A stretch of DNA of 64,000 nt from positions 1,504,001-1,568,000 of the forward strand of contig OY760937.1 in the NCBI GenBank assembly GCA_963664225.1, read 5' to 3'. Source of the DNA: Verrucomicrobiia bacterium (GTDB lineage Bacteria > Verrucomicrobiota > Verrucomicrobiia > Limisphaerales > UBA1319). The position numbers and the translations under genes are program-made. The notes beneath the pieces are model-generated. The model had not been told where the DNA came from, ran no database searches, and was given only the letters and a program-made list of their open reading frames with translations. Positions 9,301 to 17,952 of this stretch are shown piece by piece; the stretch's first letter is position 1, and every line of letters begins with the position of its first letter.

Positions 9301-10549
9301 CATGATACACGAGGCGTTGGCCATCGGCCGCCAGCGTCAGCGGCGCCACTTTGCCCTCCTTTTTCCAAAGCAGCCGTCCGGTGGCCGCCTCCACAGCCTG
9401 CAAGTCACGCGGTTTTTCATCCCAGTCGAATTCGGTCTCCACCCGTTTTTGATCGCCTGTATTGAACTTGGGCGCAAAGTCTTCGAGGGTCCAATTGCGT
9501 GGATTGACAAGCACGTAAAGAACACCGTCCACGTTCAGGATTTCCTCGGCGCCTTTTGTATTCTCGTAAACTCGGAGAGTGCGGCCAGTGGCCCCGTCCA
9601 GTTTGCTGACGGGCGCATCGATGGACAGGGTGACATAAACATTATTACCCTCGGCCACCAGCCGCCGGGCAAGCTGTGTGGGTCCGGACTTCAACGGCCA
9701 CAGATGCGGCTGCCAGTGGGGAATTTCGTTGGTCCACAAGATGGTCCCATTGAAAGCATCGCGCGCCGTAAGCACCCAATGGGCCGGTAACAAAACTGAG
9801 GTGCGGGAACCCTGATCCATGATATAGAAAAGCCGCCCCCCCGCCGATACCTGGGCGCTGAGGCTTGACATGCGGTCGTGATGCCGGGACCAGCGCGGAC
9901 TGCCAATCCACTGGTAGCCTTCGGGCGAAGCCACCTGCAAATCCCGCGATACGGCATTGCCTTTCGCGTCGTAGAAGTAATGGGTCCAGTCGTCAATATC
10001 CGTGGGACGAGGCTTCACAAGCTTGCGCCATTCCCCACCCTCCTTGTAATAGGCAATGCCGTTGGGAACCAGCACGCGGATTATTTCATCGCGAGAAACG
10101 CCGTCCAGGTTTTCAGCGACAAGCAGATTGACCAGATTATCGATGTAAGGCAATGACCCCGGGCGCCAAAGATCAACCGTGACCTGACCGTTTAACTTTT
10201 CTGAGAGCAGCCATTCGCGAGCCGACTGGACTTTTGCAGCATCGCGCTCCAGACCCTGAACCTGATAGCTCACGTTCCGCCGCAGAGCTGCGGTCAATTG
10301 GCCGTCGCCGGCTCCCAGATGAACGACGAAACCGCCCTTCACGCCCGTTTCCTCAATGATCCGGGCTGACTCCGCCTCCGCGGACGGACTCACCGCAAAT
10401 GCAGTGGAAGCCCCGATGGCGATTGCCGCAATGCCTGCCGCAAGGAAGCGACGCAGCGAGAAGTGATGGTATGACTTTCGCCTGAGAGGCGAATCCAACA
10501 AAACAGTATTCAGTGGTATTTGCATGGGCGCGTTTTCAATTCCAATCAA
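6305..10549 (-). CDS. Large exported protein: SAM-methyltransferase-like N-domain, PQQ-like beta-propeller repeats, inserted LamG domain
   Basis: VVHLGAGDG Rossmann-like motif; repeated DAxTGxxLW blades; WPTYRHDSQRSG; HHRCY/RAAC/HNCAC cluster; LamG signature GWHYLAAV..LYVDG..GLLDEVAIY. Start may be ATG 10525. Confidence 0.85.
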   Translation of the reverse strand: MIGIENAPMQIPLNTVLLDSPLRRKSYHHFSLRRFLAAGIAAIAIGASTAFAVSPSAEAESARIIEETGVKGGFVVHLGAGDGQLTAALRRNVSYQVQGLERDAAKVQSAREWLLSEKLNGQVTVDLWRPGSLPYIDNLVNLLVAENLDGVSRDEIIRVLVPNGIAYYKEGGEWRKLVKPRPTDIDDWTHYFYDAKGNAVSRDLQVASPEGYQWIGSPRWSRHHDRMSSLSAQVSAGGRLFYIMDQGSRTSVLLPAHWVLTARDAFNGTILWTNEIPHWQPHLWPLKSGPTQLARRLVAEGNNVYVTLSIDAPVSKLDGATGRTLRVYENTKGAEEILNVDGVLYVLVNPRNWTLEDFAPKFNTGDQKRVETEFDWDEKPRDLQAVEAATGRLLWKKEGKVAPLTLAADGQRLVYHDGEKLVSLDPKTGDQLWASQPAGRRQLFEYNFGPRVLLSSNLVLYAGGDGSMKSFDARSGKELWTAPHSKSGYRSPEDLILAGGLLWNAPTISGNMSGEFIGRDPETGEIKSRFLPDVDTYWFHHRCYMAKATERFIIPSRTGIEFVDFRAKHWEINHWVRAACLYGSMPANGLIYAGPHNCACYPEAKLDGLNALAPHRASQSANLLPDDQRLERGPAYDSPLGVEPGPLDWPTYRHDSQRSGFSDQSLSEDLSQAWDIPLGGQLSALTVANGKAFVAQVDTGTIYALDLNSGRPLWHFITGGRVDSPPTYWKGRVLFGSRDGSVYALRATDGVLAWRYRPYPDQRLFAFEQLESVWPVPGSVLVENGQVSFVTGRSVFLDGGLRFFKLDAATGSKLVEQLYDKTDPETGGDLQLRIKTLQMPVGLNDILVSDGKWTYLRSQKIGPDGKRVDIGPVSGNAVEQGAAQQGEGAHLFSPIGFLDEALFHRSYWVFGKNFAGGHNGYYQAGKYAPAGRMLVFDNEKVFGYGREPQYLKWTTTMQNQLFSSSRVAPDVKPQLATPNRAANRRNRQGGGATNAQVNLEVDFPGVRFPDDERLNPAGKAITVEAWVLPDNANGVILAHGGPAYGYALSLRDGTPVFHIRNGGDLVSVPALSPLGEGWHYLAAVLDTDRAIRLYVDGHFVNSGTATSLLDSKPAQPLEFGVDSAGSVGDYEENNPYAGLLDEVAIYYRALSTEEIQARSLVADARSASNAVVAYSFNNNDARDESTNGINGVLTGVDVGKGRNGAALWFHKLTPPVVAGSTNPAPGVASAIPLPQDQGDLNRSGALAAAAVEGASQVTNTPDATTPSVGGTNKLARRAGGAGAAKAQAGAGTFVKYDWAAYVPISTRGFSMSGTNLVVAGPPDLVNEEQMFERLTKKDPTVQKELEEQDASLSGKRGALVKIFNSGNGQVARDFTIDSPPVWDGVSVAQGRIFIVTTDGKIKCYGQPPKPPVLP

Positions 10550-10552
10550 GGC

Positions 10553-10643
10553 CGTTTGGGAACCATTCCCAAACGAACGGGAGGAGTCATGCGCGCCCCT
10601 GGAGAGGTAGCAACCGAATCATTCCCAGACCGCAAGTATGGCT
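10553..10643 (-). ncRNA. Candidate Moco/Tuco-type cis-regulatory RNA (P3-less variant)
   Basis: Minus strand AGCCAU..GCGGUC-UGGGAAUGAUUC-GGUUGC..CCAGGGG..CUCCUCCCG..UUUGGGAAUGGUU: closing stem AGCCAU/AUGGUU plus internal hairpins. Resembles my recollection of the E. coli moaA leader; lies upstream of mod/moaD-like genes. No covariance model run. Confidence 0.45.
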
Positions 10644-10657
10644 GCACACAGCAGCCT

Positions 10658-10680
10658 ATATACGATGTATATTATCGTCT
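10658..10680. promoter_or_regulatory. Putative operator ATATACGAT-N7-ATCGTCT
   Basis: One of 5-6 intergenic copies of the same spaced imperfect palindrome. Confidence 0.55.
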
Positions 10681-10881
10681 TTTATATCGGTGTCAATCCC
10701 ATGCGTGATATATTTTTTGCATTCGATAATCTCACCGATCCAATTCAGCATCTCAGTTACACAACCGTTCTTATTATATTGTATTACAATTGTTTATATT
10801 GCTACTGCAAAAGCGTTCACGCGGTCTTCAGGGTGTGGATTCTGTGGAATGATTTCTTTCATGGATTGGCGTACATGCCTT

Positions 10882-10904
10882 TTATACGATGCTTTAAGGC
10901 GTCT
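10882..10904. promoter_or_regulatory. Putative operator, weaker copy TTATACGAT-N7-GGCGTCT
   Basis: Same left half-site and spacing as the other copies. Confidence 0.35.
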
Positions 10905-10905
10905 T

Positions 10906-11667
10906 TTATCTGTCTGCTATCCATTGGATCTGGTCTTTCTTAACCCAGCCTGAATCCCCCGTGCTTAGGCAGAGAAAAAGGTAATCGCCTCGCGCAAACT
11001 GACAACGGCCCACCTCCCCGGCGGGAATGCGCGTGAGAACCTGTGCGTGGCTCGTGGGAGTCTGGCAGAGCGGCGTTCCGGGCTTTAATACGACACCCAG
11101 ACTTGTGCGCGTGTGAATCCCCACCATACCGGGAATCGCCAACAGAAATATTCCGAATCCGATCGCTGCAAAGGACTGCGTCCAGGATGATCCGCGCAAT
11201 CCAAAGAGAACTGGCAAGACAAAAGCCAGTGTGACCGCAAGCCAGAAACTAACGGCTCCCACACAGGCCCATGCATCCACCGGCAGCCACGTGGAGAAGG
11301 TTTCCCACCAACGCAAGGATGGTTCGGCCAGTTGGCCCGAACGCCGGGCATACCGCAGGCTGGCGCTGGCAGCCTTATCCAATGGACTAATCCACAATGC
11401 ACGCTCCCAAGCCAGGATGGCTGTGCCGGAATGACGGCATTCCCATTCTGCGTTTCCAAAATTGTGCCACGCCTCAGCGGAAGGCGATTGCTTGATTTCC
11501 ACGGCAAACAACTTCGCAGCCTGGGCAAACTCCCGCGCTTCGTAAGCAGCACATCCCCGTTCAAAGATGTTTGTTTCGCCTTTTACGCCAAAAGTGGTAA
11601 TCGTCCAAATCAGGCCGGTCATTATAACGGCCATGCCGCGCGTAAACCTGAAAATGAGGGTCAGCAT
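10906..11667 (-). CDS. batE: BatE-like TPR / TM / SH3-like protein
   Basis: AWHNFGNA..AILAWERAL TPR, two TM helices, C-terminal GWVKKDQI SH3-like end; last gene of the Bat cluster. Confidence 0.75.
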   Translation of the reverse strand: MLTLIFRFTRGMAVIMTGLIWTITTFGVKGETNIFERGCAAYEAREFAQAAKLFAVEIKQSPSAEAWHNFGNAEWECRHSGTAILAWERALWISPLDKAASASLRYARRSGQLAEPSLRWWETFSTWLPVDAWACVGAVSFWLAVTLAFVLPVLFGLRGSSWTQSFAAIGFGIFLLAIPGMVGIHTRTSLGVVLKPGTPLCQTPTSHAQVLTRIPAGEVGRCQFARGDYLFLCLSTGDSGWVKKDQIQWIADR

Positions 11668-13496
11668 AGACGCCTCCTCATTTGGGCAAGCAAGGTCTCC
11701 AATTCAGGTTGGAGCGACCACAGCATTTCCGTTCTTTTTGATTTACCTTCAAATGCGATTTCATCCGCGACCAAAAACAACTGGCGCACCAGAGTGCCCG
11801 CCTGCCCCTCACAGTCTGCATGCGGCAAAGCACGTATGATGTCGCTGCACACCAACGCCCCGGGACTGGCATGCAAATGGGGCGCGCCAGCCTCACGCAA
11901 TGAGGCGATTGCGGACCGAGCATACACCACCACATCATGGTCCCTGATCGCTCGACGGCGAATCCGTTCCAGGCGCCGAAGCTCACGGCGCGCCCGGGCA
12001 AATCGGACGATCTCCGGATGTGCTCTCAGAAAATGTTTGCGGCGATTCCACCCACAAAAAGCCGCCAGCACCAAGCCCGGGAATAATTGGAACAACCAAA
12101 AGGCCGGACGTTGCTGGAATGCCAACAATCCGGCACTGAAATGCACCGGGCGACGCGCAAGCGGACCCAACCCATCCAAATCGTGACCGGCAGGATTATC
12201 AACATTTGCACCCATCGCGTTCGCAGGCTGAAGCTGACCTGAGGCGCTGCCCCCCGGTGATGCCAGAACCAGTATCTGAGTTGAAGGAATCGTCAAGTCC
12301 ACATAGATCTGCCGTTCCGGATCGAAGCAGCTGAATGGTATCCTGGGCGTTCCCGTCATTCCCGGCTTCAGTGGAATCATGGTGTAATGAAACACGTTAC
12401 TGCCACGCTGCCAGATGCTGGCAGGCGGATTCACATCGGCGACGGCTGGAAACACCCTCCAACCTGGCGCATGTTCGACGCGCGGAGGTATCAGGCGCCC
12501 ATGGTTTCCCTCCCCACAAACCGTGATAGCCAGATCAAGGGGATCACCGGCATGAACTTCACGAGCCGAGGGTCTCGGCGAAGCCACCTCAAATTTGCCT
12601 ATCAATCCCGTAAACCCGGGCAGAGCACCATCGGGGAGATGCTTGACGACAATCTCCACCGGACTGGATTCCAGAAAGGGGCGATATCCAGCCAGCCGTA
12701 TGCTTTGCGGATCGGCGGTCGGACGACATTCCACAAAAGCCTGGCCATTGAGCGCCAGACGCCCTTCACGAACGGGAATGGCGATGACTTCGGCAATCGA
12801 TGCCGAAACAGATCGTCCGCCAACCGTGCGCATTTCACGTCGCAGCGAGCCCGTCACCCGATCAAACAGAAAGGCATCGCCAAGCAGCGTCGGATCCACC
12901 AGGCCAAAAACACCACTGTCTCCCGGATCGAGCACCACAATTCGCACGGGAATGGCCTGGGCAACATAAAAATCCCCATCAGGAATTTCGAGATGCAAGG
13001 AGGCGGCATGTCTGGCTTCAGGTGAACCGGCGGGGACCACCGTAAGGACCCGTGATGGCGCCACGAGCCGTCTTCCGCCAGCCTTCAACTCGAACGGACC
13101 AATTGGAAACGATCCCGGTGTCTGGGCAATCACACGATAGTTGAATGTGGCACGGTATTGAGACACCTGCCCTTTCGTCACAACGGATCTTCCAACGCCA
13201 CTTTTCGCAAGCTCAAGCCCCGGCGGCACGGGAATGCGTTCAGGCAAATCAACGGCATCCGGCTCCGTGGTGATCACCACCCTGTAGGTGGCTGGTTCTC
13301 CCGCAGCCACCACCAACGGATCAAAACCCGCAGCCACCACCACGTCCGATTCCACCGCCGCCTGCCGCAGCAACTGTGACATGGCGGAATTAAGCGGTGT
13401 GGACTCCGTATGGACAGGCGGATCCGGCGCTGGAAAAACCATGCACTCCAACACGAGAAGTCCGCCTGTAACAAGTGAAAGATATCGCGCAGTCAT
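11661..13496 (-). CDS. batD: BatD-family protein
   Basis: Beta-rich repeats, GFTGLIGKFEV, GDPLDLAITVCGEGN, IPFSCFDP, C-terminal TM; cluster position. Confidence 0.8.
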   Translation of the reverse strand: MTARYLSLVTGGLLVLECMVFPAPDPPVHTESTPLNSAMSQLLRQAAVESDVVVAAGFDPLVVAAGEPATYRVVITTEPDAVDLPERIPVPPGLELAKSGVGRSVVTKGQVSQYRATFNYRVIAQTPGSFPIGPFELKAGGRRLVAPSRVLTVVPAGSPEARHAASLHLEIPDGDFYVAQAIPVRIVVLDPGDSGVFGLVDPTLLGDAFLFDRVTGSLRREMRTVGGRSVSASIAEVIAIPVREGRLALNGQAFVECRPTADPQSIRLAGYRPFLESSPVEIVVKHLPDGALPGFTGLIGKFEVASPRPSAREVHAGDPLDLAITVCGEGNHGRLIPPRVEHAPGWRVFPAVADVNPPASIWQRGSNVFHYTMIPLKPGMTGTPRIPFSCFDPERQIYVDLTIPSTQILVLASPGGSASGQLQPANAMGANVDNPAGHDLDGLGPLARRPVHFSAGLLAFQQRPAFWLFQLFPGLVLAAFCGWNRRKHFLRAHPEIVRFARARRELRRLERIRRRAIRDHDVVVYARSAIASLREAGAPHLHASPGALVCSDIIRALPHADCEGQAGTLVRQLFLVADEIAFEGKSKRTEMLWSLQPELETLLAQMRRRLC

Positions 13497-13501
13497 TTTA
13501 A

Positions 13502-15457
13502 TTACCAGGTGCGGCCTGCGCGATTCTGACGATCGTTCGGCAAATTACCCGCGGAGTATTGGCGGCTCAAATCCAGTCGGAGTGAGGACAGAAGTCGCAT
13601 GGCCTCTTCCGGGGTCAGAACCAGTTCTTTGCCGTTATCGCCCTTGTTCTCCTGATCGTCAGGTTTGGACGACTGGCTGGGGTCACGCGAGTCATCATCG
13701 TCGGCGCCGTGTTCGCCCTTGCTCTCCTCGGGCGGCAGCCGTCGTTTGAGTGCATCCAGAAATTTCTGCAAGTCCGCTTTCCTGGCGGCGACCGCATTCC
13801 TAATCTCCTGGATCTTCCATTGTTCATTGGTCAGTTCCACGACATGCCGGTCCACAGCGGCCGCATTCAATCTGGCATTTTCGTAACCGACCCGAAGTTC
13901 CATCGCACTCCTGAAGTCATTTGCAGCGCGTTGCCATCGCAACAGCACGGCACCACAAGCATCCGAGCTGCCTTTGATGGCATCCAAAACCTGCTTGAGA
14001 CTCTTTGATGTCGCACGCCCCGTCCGGTAGGCCGCCACAACCGCCTTTATGTCGCCGCCCGCCAAAGCGGTTTCCGCCGACTTGATGGCTGAATCGGCGG
14101 ATTGAATCCCCTGCTCGCTCCGCGCCTCCAATGCGTCTGAAGCCAATGAGCCTTTCAACGTTTCCATCCCGGCGCGAAACCGGACTTGGGCCAGATTGTA
14201 AAGTGCCAGTGGTTGGATCTCCGCATCGTTGCTGTTGACGGCAGCGTCCAATGCCGCTTCGGCCTCACGCCACCGGCTTTCACGCAAGTTCTGCGTGCCA
14301 AGGTTGAACAAGTGACGCGCCGATCGCGGCAGCTCCGGTTGATTCCCTGCGCCGTGCGCCGCCAATGCCCATCCGAATGTGAGCGCCATCACAGACGGGA
14401 GGACTTTGACTGCCTGGCGGCGTAATCCGGCGCCAGTCCATTCTGGCCGTCGGGTTCCCAGCAGAGATTGTACAATCAACAGGATCAATCCCAAGGCCAC
14501 CGGAACATGGAAATGATCCACCCCTTCCCGGCGGGTGGCCGCGAACCGTGCAAATCCATCCCTATCCTCAAGCGTTTGGCGGACGCGGTCCAATCCGTCG
14601 CCCAACATGCCCAAGGGTTGATAACTTCCGTGTCCAGCCTCGGCAATCGCGCGCAGTGTCGGCTCATCAAGTCGGCTGCGTACGGGCTGCCCCTGTTCGC
14701 TGCGCAACAATTCGCGCTTCCCGGATGGATCGGCGATGAGCAGTTCGCCGCCAGTCGGCGTCCCAACGCCAACCGTGAAAATCACCACATTCGTCATTGC
14801 CAGGGCTCTGGCCTGGGCCACACTGGTTTTCTCCAAATCTTCTCCATCGGATACCAGGACGAGAATTTTTCGCCGCCCGTTCTTATCCACCGCGGAATAG
14901 CCTTCTTTCAGGGCACGACCAATATCCGTTCCCAAAGCGGGAATGGCGCGCTCATCCACCGCCTGCAAGGCTTCTCGAAACGCATCGTAATCGAACGTCA
15001 ACGGGCACTGTAAAAAGGCCTGCCCTGCGAACGCCACCAGACCAACCCTTCCCTGTCCGGATTTCTGCACGAACTCCTGAATCGCCATCTTCGCCCGTGC
15101 CAGACGGCTCGGAGTCACGTCCGTGGCGAGCATGCTTTGCGAACAATCCAGGAGAAATACGACATCCTCTCCAGCCGATTCGCTACTCTCCGTTTGCTCG
15201 CCCCACTGTGGACGTGCAAGTCCGAAACAAAGGCAAGCCACCGTCATGACCTGGAGTATATTCTTTAGGAAACTCCTCCCACGACTGTGCGATGTCTGCA
15301 TTGCCTCCAGAATTGACGGAGAGGCCAGTCGCGCGATCTGGCGCCGACGGACCCGACCGGCATGAACCTGGAGCATCACCAGCAACAGGGGTGCAGCCAG
15401 TGCAATCCAGAGCCACGCTGGCGATGCAAAATGCGGGTGGGCAAAGTGATCGGTCAT
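13502..15457 (-). CDS. batB: BatB-like VWA domain fused to TPR (BatB/BatC-like)
   Basis: LARPQWG, MIDAS DCSQSM, VGLVAFAG..CPLTFD, SDGED, TPR ALYNLA; ATG 15457 chosen. Confidence 0.85.
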   Translation of the reverse strand: MTDHFAHPHFASPAWLWIALAAPLLLVMLQVHAGRVRRRQIARLASPSILEAMQTSHSRGRSFLKNILQVMTVACLCFGLARPQWGEQTESSESAGEDVVFLLDCSQSMLATDVTPSRLARAKMAIQEFVQKSGQGRVGLVAFAGQAFLQCPLTFDYDAFREALQAVDERAIPALGTDIGRALKEGYSAVDKNGRRKILVLVSDGEDLEKTSVAQARALAMTNVVIFTVGVGTPTGGELLIADPSGKRELLRSEQGQPVRSRLDEPTLRAIAEAGHGSYQPLGMLGDGLDRVRQTLEDRDGFARFAATRREGVDHFHVPVALGLILLIVQSLLGTRRPEWTGAGLRRQAVKVLPSVMALTFGWALAAHGAGNQPELPRSARHLFNLGTQNLRESRWREAEAALDAAVNSNDAEIQPLALYNLAQVRFRAGMETLKGSLASDALEARSEQGIQSADSAIKSAETALAGGDIKAVVAAYRTGRATSKSLKQVLDAIKGSSDACGAVLLRWQRAANDFRSAMELRVGYENARLNAAAVDRHVVELTNEQWKIQEIRNAVAARKADLQKFLDALKRRLPPEESKGEHGADDDDSRDPSQSSKPDDQENKGDNGKELVLTPEEAMRLLSSLRLDLSRQYSAGNLPNDRQNRAGRTW

Positions 15458-15458
15458 G

Positions 15459-16499
15459 TCAGGGAATGCGTCGAAACCATGTCGATGCCAGGAATAGTTC
15501 AAGTAGCAGCGTGGCCAGGGCAGCCAGCAACGTCCATTGATACATTGCGGTGTGGCGCGTATGGCGGCGCAGCTTTACATCCGTTTTTTCCAACCGATCG
15601 ATCTCGTTATAGATGCCGGTCAATTCGTCGCGGTTGGTGGCCCGGTAATTGCGTCCGCGTGCAATGCGCGCCATTTTGTCGAGAACAAGGTAATTGGCGG
15701 GCCGCAACGTGATGGTTGGAATGATCTCACCTTTTGCGTCCAGACGTAGTTTACCGGTGTCAGGCTCAAATGCCGGCAAGACGCCGGCCGTTTCCTGGCC
15801 CAGACCGATCGTATAAATCTTCACACCCAGCGCCGCCGCCAATTCGGCGGCGGGAACCGGATTGATTTCACCGATATTATTGTCGCCATCCGTCAACAGG
15901 ATGACGATCCGGCTCTTGCTGTTCCTGAGTCCCGCCATGCGTTTGACCGCCGCCGCGGTGGCGTCTCCAATGCCTGTGCCCAAATCTTGAACGGATCCGA
16001 TATGGATCCGGTCGAGGTTCTGCAACAACCAGTCATGATCCAGGGTAAAAGGACTGACCGAGTAAGGCAGCGCCGAGAAAATGATCAGACCAATGCGGTC
16101 ACCTTGACGCCGCCCGACAAAGTCCCTCAATACCGATCGGGCCACATCGAACCGGGTAACGCGCCTCGAGGGTTGTTCCATGTCCAGTGCCATCATCGAC
16201 CAGGAGACATCGAGCAACAGCATGATGTCCACGCCACTGGCCTGGGTTTCAGTCTGCTCGCGGGCTGTTCGGGGTCCGGCGAGAGTCACGATGACCAGTG
16301 CGGCGGTTAACAGCGTTGGAAAGAGTCTTAGGCGACCGGATGCGGATCGGACAGGGTGGCTCACCTTCCTGACCAAATCGACACTCGGAAAGCGCAGGGC
16401 TGACTCTTTGCCCAGGCGCCCCAGCAGCACGGCATATACCGGCAACAATGCCAGCAGTCCCAGAACCCACGGATAATGAAACTCGAAGGAAACGCTCAT
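15459..16499 (-). CDS. batA: BatA-like VWA domain protein
   Basis: GVDIMLLLDVSWSM MIDAS, GDRIGLIIF, ILLTDGDNN, IYNEIDRLEK; ATG 16499 chosen. Confidence 0.85.
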   Translation of the reverse strand: MSVSFEFHYPWVLGLLALLPVYAVLLGRLGKESALRFPSVDLVRKVSHPVRSASGRLRLFPTLLTAALVIVTLAGPRTAREQTETQASGVDIMLLLDVSWSMMALDMEQPSRRVTRFDVARSVLRDFVGRRQGDRIGLIIFSALPYSVSPFTLDHDWLLQNLDRIHIGSVQDLGTGIGDATAAAVKRMAGLRNSKSRIVILLTDGDNNIGEINPVPAAELAAALGVKIYTIGLGQETAGVLPAFEPDTGKLRLDAKGEIIPTITLRPANYLVLDKMARIARGRNYRATNRDELTGIYNEIDRLEKTDVKLRRHTRHTAMYQWTLLAALATLLLELFLASTWFRRIP

Positions 16500-17050
16500 G
16501 GGTGATTCCCTGGAATACCCGCGCATTTAGCACGTGCCGCTTCAATGTTACGAACGACACCCAATGCGCAGCCTGCCAACCGGCTGGTCAAAAGACGGCC
16601 CGTGTAAAATTGTCGCTGTTCGCACCGCCTTAACAGAGCGGTGATTTCGTTTATGAGCTCGGGATGCAAAAACGAATCCAGATTCAACTGGAGGACCATT
16701 TCTTCGGCGGTCAAATCCCTGTGCGGCCACTTTGGCATGACTCCAGCGAAGTAACGTCGCAACACCTGCAGAACCGAGCACGCCAGCGCCCCATTTTCCG
16801 GTTCGGACTCCAGCTTCCGCAAGGCTTCGAGCGCAACGGCTACAGGCGGCTGCAACACTGTGGGGCGCACACGACGGCGCCACCAGACCGTTGCCATGGA
16901 AACCACCAAGGCCAGCAGGCCCATCAGCAGAATGGCGCTCCCGTGCTGCTCCCGGAACGTGGGCGGCAGCAATTCCTCCATCGGTCGCAAATCGGGAATC
17001 ACCTCAGCAACAAGCGGAGCACGGAAAAACTGTAAGACGCCGGCAAACAT
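16496..17050 (-). CDS. Membrane-anchored hypothetical protein of MoxR/Bat clusters (DUF4381-like)
   Basis: Single TM helix then PPVAVALEAL..LRRYF..LTAEE; lies between DUF58 and batA. Confidence 0.7.
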   Translation of the reverse strand: MFAGVLQFFRAPLVAEVIPDLRPMEELLPPTFREQHGSAILLMGLLALVVSMATVWWRRRVRPTVLQPPVAVALEALRKLESEPENGALACSVLQVLRRYFAGVMPKWPHRDLTAEEMVLQLNLDSFLHPELINEITALLRRCEQRQFYTGRLLTSRLAGCALGVVRNIEAARAKCAGIPGNHP

Positions 17051-17052
17051 GA

Positions 17053-17952
17053 TCAGGCGCGCCGCCGCGGGCGATTTTGGAAAAAGCGTTGCAATACAGC
17101 TCCAAAAGGCTTGTCCGTTTCGAGTCGCAGTGTGTCCACCCTCTCGCGTTGAAGGGCCAGATCGAGAGCGGTAATTCGCTGCAAATTAATTCTGGCGTAG
17201 TGCTCCCTGTTGGCTTCTCGTGACAAATCGACCTCCAGTATCTCGCCGGTTTCCGCATCCTCAAAGCGGGTTATTCCAGCCTCCGGCAGCACCATTTCGC
17301 AAGGATCATGCAGGTGGATGCAAACCAGGTCATGGCGTGCATTGACCTGCCCCAGAGCCTGGACCAATGCATGATCCATCGGGCACAGGAAGTCACCGAC
17401 CAGAATGGCCATCGAGCGGTGCTTGAGATGGTGCATCAACCCCTGCAGGGCCACTGTGGGATTCGTGCCGCGGCGCGTTGGTTGAAAGAAAAGAACCTCC
17501 CGCAAAAGGCGCAGCAGGTGCCGCCGTCCTTTGCCAGGCCTGAGAAACAATTCCACCTTGTCTGAAAAAAGCAGCAATCCAACCTTGTCGCCGCAACGTG
17601 CGGCGGCGAACGCCAGCGTCCCAACCACCTCGGCTGCCAGACGGCGCTTGTTGGAAACAGTGGAGCCATACTCGTTGGAGGCCGACACGTCCACAACCAG
17701 AACCATGCCAATCTCGCGCTCCTCGCGATAACGCTTCACAAATGGACGCCCAAGCCGGTTGGTGACATTCCAGTCGATATGACGCACGTCGTCACCGGGA
17801 GCGTAGTCGCGCAAATCATCGAAATCCATGCCACGCCCTTTGAACGAACTTAAGTAGGCGCCAGCCATGGAGTCATTCGCCAACCGATTGACGACTACCT
17901 CCACCTTCTGCACGGTCTGAATAATCTCGTTTAGCCTCTGCGCGTCCTTCAT
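17053..17952 (-). CDS. DUF58 domain protein
   Basis: FKGRGMDFDDLRDYAPGDDVRHIDWNVT. Confidence 0.9.
   Translation of the reverse strand: MKDAQRLNEIIQTVQKVEVVVNRLANDSMAGAYLSSFKGRGMDFDDLRDYAPGDDVRHIDWNVTNRLGRPFVKRYREEREIGMVLVVDVSASNEYGSTVSNKRRLAAEVVGTLAFAAARCGDKVGLLLFSDKVELFLRPGKGRRHLLRLLREVLFFQPTRRGTNPTVALQGLMHHLKHRSMAILVGDFLCPMDHALVQALGQVNARHDLVCIHLHDPCEMVLPEAGITRFEDAETGEILEVDLSREANREHYARINLQRITALDLALQRERVDTLRLETDKPFGAVLQRFFQNRPRRRA

Noticed and set aside
7703..9790. 267-aa and 361-aa plus-strand ORFs
   Set aside because: Antisense to the propeller gene; no family signal
10430..10490. Possible Tat signal (SLRRFL) on the propeller protein
   Set aside because: Does not match RRxFL spacing; cannot be told from a Sec signal by eye
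10513..10953. Plus-strand ORFs of 62-146 aa, one with GGAGG-N4-ATG near 10580
   Set aside because: AT-rich regulatory region; the GGAGG is the complement of the CCUCC in the candidate leader RNA; peptides unremarkable
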